Below are positions 56,050 through 61,480 of a stretch of DNA of 61,480 nucleotides, one piece after another (the stretch's first letter is position 1; every line of letters starts with the position of its first letter). The notes below the pieces were generated by a model, which worked only from the letters and a program-made list of their open reading frames with translations, had not been told where the DNA came from and made no database searches. Location of the stretch: the NCBI GenBank assembly GCA_038062735.1, contig JBBTWN010000009.1:1-61480 (forward strand), given 5' to 3'. The position numbers and the translations under genes are program-made. This DNA is from Patescibacteria group bacterium (GTDB taxonomy: Bacteria > Patescibacteriota > Minisyncoccia > Phycocordibacterales > Phycocordibacteraceae).

Positions 56050-57459
56050 ATGAGCGCCTATCGCCCCACGATCGGGCTTGAGATCCATGCCGAGCTTAAG
56101 ACGCGCACCAAGATGTTTTGTACATCAAAGAACGACCCCGACGAAGAAAATCCGAATGTTAATGTGTGTCCCGTGTGTATGGCATATCCGGGGACCCTTC
56201 CCGTCGTTAACAAAGAAGCGGTGCACAGTGTACTGCGCGTTGGGGCTGCAGTCGGTGGGACCATAGCAGACTACACAGAGTTCGATAGAAAGAATTATTT
56301 TTATCCTGACATACCGAAGGGGTATCAGATATCACAGTACGAGTATCCTTTGGTAAAGGGGGGGGAGCTCGCCGGTGTAAAAATCACACGAATTCATCTT
56401 GAAGAAGATACAGCAAATGCAAAACACCGAGGGGATACAAGTCTCATCGATTTTAATCGTGCGGGCATGCCACTTATGGAGCTAGTTACAGAACCCGTTA
56501 TTCATGACGCGGTAACTGCAGGAAACTTTGCACGCGAGCTCCAACAGCTGCTTCGGGCACTCGGCGTTGCTGAGGCACAGATGGAGAAGGGGCAGATGCG
56601 CGTCGAAGTAAACATTTCAGTATCAAAAGATGATACGCTCGGCAAAAGAAGTGAAATCAAAAATATCAACTCGTTTCGTGCAGCAGAGCGTGCAATCGAG
56701 TTTGAAATAAAAAGACAGACAGCGGTCCTTGGGTCCGGGGGAGTGTTGCTGCAAGAGACTCGCGGGTTTGATGAAAATACTGGCGAGACGTTTAGTCAAC
56801 GACTCAAAGAGGATTCAAACGACTATCGTTACTTCCCTGACCCAGACATACCAAAGCTAAAAATTTCTGACATCCCAGAATTTGCTCGCGATGTTCTCGA
56901 TGCATCACTTCCTGAACTTCCAGCGACACGGCGAGCACGGCTCGTGGCACTTGGTGTGCGTCGAGAAGATGCAGATGTGCTTATCGCAGATCACTTGTAC
57001 GGCGCTTTTTTTGATGCGGAGGTTGCAGGACAACTCGCTCCTGGGCTGATCGGCAAAGGTTCAAACTATTTACTTACTGATGTTCGTGCAGTCGCCACTG
57101 AAAGTATGTTGAACAATTTGCGCAACGGCGTCTTTGGAGATGTGATTCGCATGACAGACGCTGGCGATCTATCAAGTCGCGGAACAAAAGATCTGTTACT
57201 TCGTCTTATGGAGAAGGGGGGTGATGCGCACACTGTTGCAGAAAAGGAGGGAATGCTTCAAATGAAGGACACGGCTCTCATCGAGCGCATTGTGGATGAG
57301 GTGGTTGTCGAGCACCAGGGTGTCGTTATGGAGGTCCAAAAGGGTAAGGAGGAGGCGATGAAGTTTTTAATTGGTATGGTCATGAAGAAGTCAAAAGGGG
57401 CAGCAAATCCAACTGATGCAGCAACGATCTTGAAGTCAAAGATTCAACAGAAGACTTAA
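56050..57459 (+). CDS. gatB: Asp/Glu-tRNA(Asn/Gln) amidotransferase subunit B
   Basis: PTIGLEIHAELKTRTKMFC, CPVCMAYPGTLP, and a C-terminal GatB/YqeY domain. Confidence 0.93.
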   Translation: MSAYRPTIGLEIHAELKTRTKMFCTSKNDPDEENPNVNVCPVCMAYPGTLPVVNKEAVHSVLRVGAAVGGTIADYTEFDRKNYFYPDIPKGYQISQYEYPLVKGGELAGVKITRIHLEEDTANAKHRGDTSLIDFNRAGMPLMELVTEPVIHDAVTAGNFARELQQLLRALGVAEAQMEKGQMRVEVNISVSKDDTLGKRSEIKNINSFRAAERAIEFEIKRQTAVLGSGGVLLQETRGFDENTGETFSQRLKEDSNDYRYFPDPDIPKLKISDIPEFARDVLDASLPELPATRRARLVALGVRREDADVLIADHLYGAFFDAEVAGQLAPGLIGKGSNYLLTDVRAVATESMLNNLRNGVFGDVIRMTDAGDLSSRGTKDLLLRLMEKGGDAHTVAEKEGMLQMKDTALIERIVDEVVVEHQGVVMEVQKGKEEAMKFLIGMVMKKSKGAANPTDAATILKSKIQQKT

Positions 57460-57484
57460 GCATATAGGGAAGCAATCTTCCAAA

Positions 57485-57514
57485 AATGCTTTCTCGGTTA
57501 GCCGAGAAAGCATT
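57485..57514. terminator. 13-bp perfect hairpin between convergent genes
   Basis: AATGCTTTCTCGG-ttag-CCGAGAAAGCATT. The A-tract on the plus side gives a T-tract for the minus-strand gene. Confidence 0.6.
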
Positions 57515-57535
57515 CAAAATAAGGATATTTCAAAT

Positions 57536-57880
57536 TTAAACAAGAAGGTTTTTTGCACTACGTCTGACAATAGTTTTGAATCTATGTTTAAGCAGGTAGC
57601 GCAATCTTGACTCAGTTCTGTGTGCGCTTCGCACATGGTCAAAGAGCCCGTTCTTTCTTTGGATTCGACGCTCATGGTACCCAGCAAAAACACGCACATC
57701 CCGAATAGGTCTCATTGTAGCTAGGATCGAGGCTATTCTCCCTCTAAGCTCCGCATACCAAACGTTTACCGTCTTCCTATTAATCTTGAGGAGCCGAGCC
57801 GCCTGAGATGCGGTCAGATCCTCTATATAGCAATCCACTATACGGGTTCGTGTTGCGAGTGGGAGTCGTGTGAATCGCAT
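57536..57880 (-). mobile_element. IS1595 (ISXO2-like) family transposase remnant, 114-aa ORF
   Basis: The N-terminus RLPLATRTRIVDCYIEDLTASQAARLLKINRKTVNVWYAELRGRI matches the HTH part of ISXO2-like transposases as I recall them. The DDE core is missing. Confidence 0.45.
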
Positions 57881-57991
57881 GATGTAAGTATATCATGAGA
57901 TACTGGTCTAGCTATAGACATCAAAAAAGTACCCACACCCAGAGGGGAAAAACCTCCGAAGTGGGTATATAATTAAGGTTAGAAATAAACC

Positions 57992-58558
57992 ATGGATGAA
58001 GTAGTGATCAGTGGAAAAAAATATATTTCATCAAAGCGAGCAGCACGCACATCTGGATACGCACCAGACTACATCGGCCAACTCGTACGTGAGAGCAAAT
58101 TGCAGGCAGTAAAGGTCGGCAGGGCGTGGTTTGTGGCTGAGATGGGCTTGCAAGAGCTTGTAGCAGGGCCAGGAGAGCTTTCAGTCATAGCATCTTCAGC
58201 TACACTTCCTGAAACTTGGTCTCCGGTGATCTATATGAAAGATGATGCACCGTTGTACCCGATAGCACAAGAAAATAAAATCTCGGATACTCGAGAAAAT
58301 GATGATTTAAGCCACCATGCTGAAGAAAAAGTTGTAAAATCAGTTGAAATTATGAAAATTGCTCTACCAAAACGATCAAATGGCATTTCTCTCGATGGTA
58401 TTAAGCAAATTCCTAAGGAGATTAAGGCTATAGGCGCAGTTTCTATCTCTGTTACTCCAAAGCGTAGAGTATCCAGACTAGTTGGATACGCGCTTTCAGT
58501 TCTCTTTGGTGTTTTGTTTGTGACCATTCTCGTTTTTCTGATTTCACTTTTCTACTAA
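57992..58558 (+). CDS. tail-anchored protein with N-terminal excisionase/MerR-like HTH
   Basis: KKYISSKRAARTSGYAPDYIGQLVRESKLQAVKVGRAWFVAEMGLQEL (HTH_17-like). The C-terminus is the TM segment LVGYALSVLFGVLFVTILVFLISLFY. Confidence 0.6.
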   Translation: MDEVVISGKKYISSKRAARTSGYAPDYIGQLVRESKLQAVKVGRAWFVAEMGLQELVAGPGELSVIASSATLPETWSPVIYMKDDAPLYPIAQENKISDTRENDDLSHHAEEKVVKSVEIMKIALPKRSNGISLDGIKQIPKEIKAIGAVSISVTPKRRVSRLVGYALSVLFGVLFVTILVFLISLFY

Positions 58559-58647
58559 TTTTTCTTTCAAATTCTTATCAACACCAAGCGCATATTTTGC
58601 GTCCGAGATGGAGATATGAGTAGTAAAATATAGATAAATCGGAAATC

Positions 58648-61480
58648 ATGAGTATCAGCGAGATCGAAGAAATTTGGATAACATCTCGCGATGCGTCGGA
58701 GAGATTTGGCTACACATCAGACTACGTAGCTTTTTTATGTCGGACAGGAAAAATAATTGCACGTCGCGCTGGTCGCTCGTGGAAGATTTCTGAAATTTCA
58801 ATTTCAGAATTTGCATCTCGAGCTCGACAGGCTGAAGAGATACGGCACACAAAGCTTCGAGAAGAGCGTAGAAAAGAATATATCCGCCGCGCGGCACTTT
58901 TGTCGCCACAATCTGCTGGCCTCTCATTGTCAACACGTCGTGCGATGGGTAATGTTGCTGGCGCTCTTATTTTACTGTTTGCTTTTTCGTTTGGTGCCTA
59001 TGCACTGCCAAGCACAATTATAGGTAAGTCGTTTGCAAACATTGGCACGGTAGTGCAAAGCCTACCATTTGGTTTTGAAAGAAATATTGCAAGTGCCTTG
59101 GTCGCAGTCTCTGACGTTGTCTCCGGAGAAACGCGCACCACGACTATCCCGCACCTCGCCTTTTCTTGGTTTGATTTTTTCGACAAAGTTAAAATGGCAC
59201 TCTTTGGTGAGCCAGCTCCAACCGCAATTGTTCAAGCTCCGATCGCGTCATCAACGCAACCCAGAGCTCAACCGACGGTTACTATTGTTGAGAAAAATGT
59301 TGGACCGACAACAGTCGTGCGTAATGTATCCGAGTACGTAACCGTAACAGGAGTTACATACGCTGAACTCGAGGCGGCGATCAAGGCGCTTGAAGCTCGT
59401 TTAATTTCACTCATCCCACAGGTGGTTCCATTTTCTGGCACTCCACCAATCACCGTAGTGAACACACAGACGTTCGCACAAAGCCAGCGCATCGATTCGC
59501 TTGACGGTGTGACGATCACGAACGCAAACATTATCGGTGGCACTATCACGGGCATCAGCGGTTTAGGTGGCGGTTCTGGAACTGTTGCATCAGGTACCGT
59601 TGGTCAAATCGCGTACTACAATGCTAACGGCTCTACCCTGTCAGCGACATCATCGATTTTTGTTTCTGATACCCAGCGTATTGGTATCGCCACGTCGTCG
59701 CCGCTCGCACAACTTACGGTGTATGGTGACGTACTTTTGTCAGGTGCAAATCGCTATTTGAATTTTGGTGATGCAAATGGTGTGTCCGGCTACGGCATTC
59801 GCGACAACGCCGGCATTATCGAATTTAAAAACTTGAGTGGCGGTTGGTCTGCATTAGGCTCTAGCGGTACCGGTGGCGGGACCTGGTCAACAACAACATC
59901 ATCGGTGGCAGGCGTGCTCGTAAACTATTCAAACAATTCGTCTGACATCGTCGCTATTGGTTCTACGGGGACCACGACAGCAGAATACTGGTTTGATCCA
60001 AATACGCTTATGGCGTATTTTTCTGGCAACGTTGGCCTTTCAACCACGACCCCTTTTGCTAAACTCGCCGTTCAAGCCACTGCTGGTCAAACTAACCCTG
60101 TATTCCAGGTTTCTTCCTCATCAAATGCAGTTAATTTCTTGACGGTTGCTGGTGACGGTTTTGGAACCACAACCCTCACCGGTCTTAACGTAAGTGGCTC
60201 CGCCACCTCCACCTCAAACGTCGGTTTTAACATCACCACGGGCTGCTTCGCCATTAACGGCACCTGCTTAGGTTCAAGTGCCTTCACCTCGATAGGCCCC
60301 GCCGGCCAACTCCAGATAGGACCAAACGTGACCCTTGCAACCAGCTCCTCTGCCTTCAACGGTCTCACTTCTTCAACCACCATCACCGGCTCAGGAAACG
60401 TCATCACCTTCACCAATACTTTGGCAGGTCTCCTCGGTGCTGCAGGTGGCGGTACTGGTCTCTCCTCCATCACGCAGAATCAACTCCTCATTGGTGGAGC
60501 AGGAAATACGTGGGTACAAATCGCCACCTCATCACTCGGCATAAACTTCTCTTCACTCATCGGCACAGCATCTGACGCACAAGTCGACAACAACCTCACG
60601 ATCTCAGGAGGAACCATCGACAATACTCCGATTGGTGCGACGACACCAAGTACCGGAGTGTTTACGAACTCGACGAGTACGAATGCGACCACCACAAACC
60701 AAAACATTTCAGGGTCACTCGTGGTCACCGGGACTTCAACACTTGCAACCACCTCACTTTCACAATTCTCGATAACCGGCATCGGCACCTCAACCATTGC
60801 AAATAATCTTTCACTCGGTGGTGATATCGAAGCGAATCAACTCTTCTTGAACGGTGCGACATCAACTGCTGCAAATGGTTTCAACATCGCCACAGGTTGT
60901 TTTGCTGTGAACGGTGTGTGCATCACATCAGGATCATCAGGTATCACCGCCATTGGTCCAACAGGTCAGACACAAACCGGCCCGACAGTAACTTTTGCAA
61001 CTTCTTCTGTCGCGTTTAACGGTTTGACTTCTTCGACGACAATCACTGGGGCTGGCAACACACTGACATTTACAAATACTTTGGCCGGCATTCTCGGTGC
61101 AGCCGGCGGAGGTACCGGTCTCTCATCCATCACACAGAATCAACTCTTGGTTGGTGGAGCAGGAAACACTTGGGTACAAATCGCCACCTCATCCCTCGGT
61201 ATCAACTTCACCGACCTTGTCGGATCTGCAACAGACAGCCAAGTCGACAACAACCTAACGATTGTCGCTGGAACCATCGACAATACTCCGATTGGTGCAA
61301 CCACTCCATCAACGGGAGTGTTTACGAACAGCACTTCAAGCAACGCCACCTCCACAAACCTCGCTGTCTCAAGTGCACTCACTGTTTCTGGCACATCAAC
61401 GCTCGCTACCACTTCAGTTGCACGACTCACCCTCGCCAATTTGACCGGCCTCCTCCGTGCCACTGCCGGTGTCGTCTCCA
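58648..61480 (+). CDS. giant HTH-TM-beta-repeat surface protein, 5' part (more than 944 codons, open at the window end). NOT in the supplied ORF track.
   Basis: Manual translation of the phase of nt 58648 gives an ATG followed by 944 codons with no stop up to nt 61480. N-terminal HTH similar to the 57992 gene, TM at about aa 101-120, then a T/S/G/N-rich repeat region. Confidence 0.85.
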   Translation, partial: MSISEIEEIWITSRDASERFGYTSDYVAFLCRTGKIIARRAGRSWKISEISISEFASRARQAEEIRHTKLREERRKEYIRRAALLSPQSAGLSLSTRRAMGNVAGALILLFAFSFGAYALPSTIIGKSFANIGTVVQSLPFGFERNIASALVAVSDVVSGETRTTTIPHLAFSWFDFFDKVKMALFGEPAPTAIVQAPIASSTQPRAQPTVTIVEKNVGPTTVVRNVSEYVTVTGVTYAELEAAIKALEARLISLIPQVVPFSGTPPITVVNTQTFAQSQRIDSLDGVTITNANIIGGTITGISGLGGGSGTVASGTVGQIAYYNANGSTLSATSSIFVSDTQRIGIATSSPLAQLTVYGDVLLSGANRYLNFGDANGVSGYGIRDNAGIIEFKNLSGGWSALGSSGTGGGTWSTTTSSVAGVLVNYSNNSSDIVAIGSTGTTTAEYWFDPNTLMAYFSGNVGLSTTTPFAKLAVQATAGQTNPVFQVSSSSNAVNFLTVAGDGFGTTTLTGLNVSGSATSTSNVGFNITTGCFAINGTCLGSSAFTSIGPAGQLQIGPNVTLATSSSAFNGLTSSTTITGSGNVITFTNTLAGLLGAAGGGTGLSSITQNQLLIGGAGNTWVQIATSSLGINFSSLIGTASDAQVDNNLTISGGTIDNTPIGATTPSTGVFTNSTSTNATTTNQNISGSLVVTGTSTLATTSLSQFSITGIGTSTIANNLSLGGDIEANQLFLNGATSTAANGFNIATGCFAVNGVCITSGSSGITAIGPTGQTQTGPTVTFATSSVAFNGLTSSTTITGAGNTLTFTNTLAGILGAAGGGTGLSSITQNQLLVGGAGNTWVQIATSSLGINFTDLVGSATDSQVDNNLTIVAGTIDNTPIGATTPSTGVFTNSTSSNATSTNLAVSSALTVSGTSTLATTSVARLTLANLTGLLRATAGVVS
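60196..60852 (+). repeat. tandem coding repeat, copy 1 (about 218 aa unit)
   Basis: GFNITTGCFAINGTC...TQNQLLIGGAGNTWVQIATSSLGINF...GTIDNTPIGATTPSTGVFTNSTS aligns with copy 2 at a period of 654 nt. Confidence 0.8.
60853..61480 (+). repeat. tandem coding repeat, copy 2 (truncated by the window end)
   Basis: GFNIATGCFAVNGVC...TQNQLLVGGAGNTWVQIATSSLGINF...GTIDNTPIGATTPSTGVFTNSTS. Confidence 0.8.

Noticed and set aside
60087-61463. Three minus-strand ORFs in the track (60087-60473, 60480-60797, 61140-61463). Two of them look like conserved paralogs (..VNTPV.GVVAPIGVLSMVP..IVRLLST..).
   Set aside because: They are antisense shadows of the plus-strand tandem repeat. The plus-strand phase is open for 2.8 kb from a proper ATG with an HTH and TM at its start, whereas the minus frames are broken by stops. 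Their mutual similarity simply mirrors the 654-nt repeat.
60196-61480. Diversity-generating retroelement (template/variable repeat) as an explanation for the repeat pair.
   Set aside because: The copies are in-frame tandem units of one gene. The differences are not adenine-specific, and no reverse transcriptase gene is in the window.

Overview
The window looks like a Candidate Phyla Radiation (Patescibacteria, Parcubacteria-like) bacterium using the standard genetic code. This call rests on a very divergent 16S, many small orphan ORFs and tight gene packing. Layout: (1) The 3' ~767 nt of a 16S rRNA sit in an atypical operon: two small ORFs in an ~870-nt spacer, then tRNA-Ile(GAU), then a terminator, with no 23S or 5S anywhere in the window. 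(2) A small accessory islet lies between tRNA-Ile and tRNA-Leu(CAG) and carries DUF4145, P-loop, Nudix and small orphan genes. (3) A MASE1 hybrid histidine kinase is followed by murD-murI-murC, rsmI and a DUF4015 glycosidase-like gene. (4) A TraD/VirD4-like protein with degenerate Walker motifs sits next to a lamin-tail-domain protein. (5) A ~33-kb surface-glycan locus (16.0-49.7 kb) holds 6 GT4-type and 2 GT-A-like glycosyltransferases, 7 methyltransferases, 2 AsnB-type amidotransferases, 2 short UGDH-like genes, 2 epimerases, 2 Fe/2OG-type oxygenases, a flippase and a Wzy/O-antigen-ligase-like TPR protein. (6) Housekeeping genes murB, secA, obg and gatB follow. (7) At the 3' end there is an IS1595-like remnant, then two adjacent genes sharing an N-terminal HTH-plus-TM module. 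The second of these is an ORF of more than 944 codons that runs off the window. It is absent from the supplied ORF track and contains in-frame 654-nt tandem repeats. Two themes run through the window. The 16S tail lacks the CCUCC anti-Shine-Dalgarno core, and start codons lack SD motifs. First genes of operons instead carry a (TGn-extended) -10 box 6-8 nt upstream of the start codon, which suggests leaderless mRNAs, and some divergent gene pairs share overlapping -10 boxes. No CRISPR array, cas gene, reverse transcriptase or intact transposase was seen.
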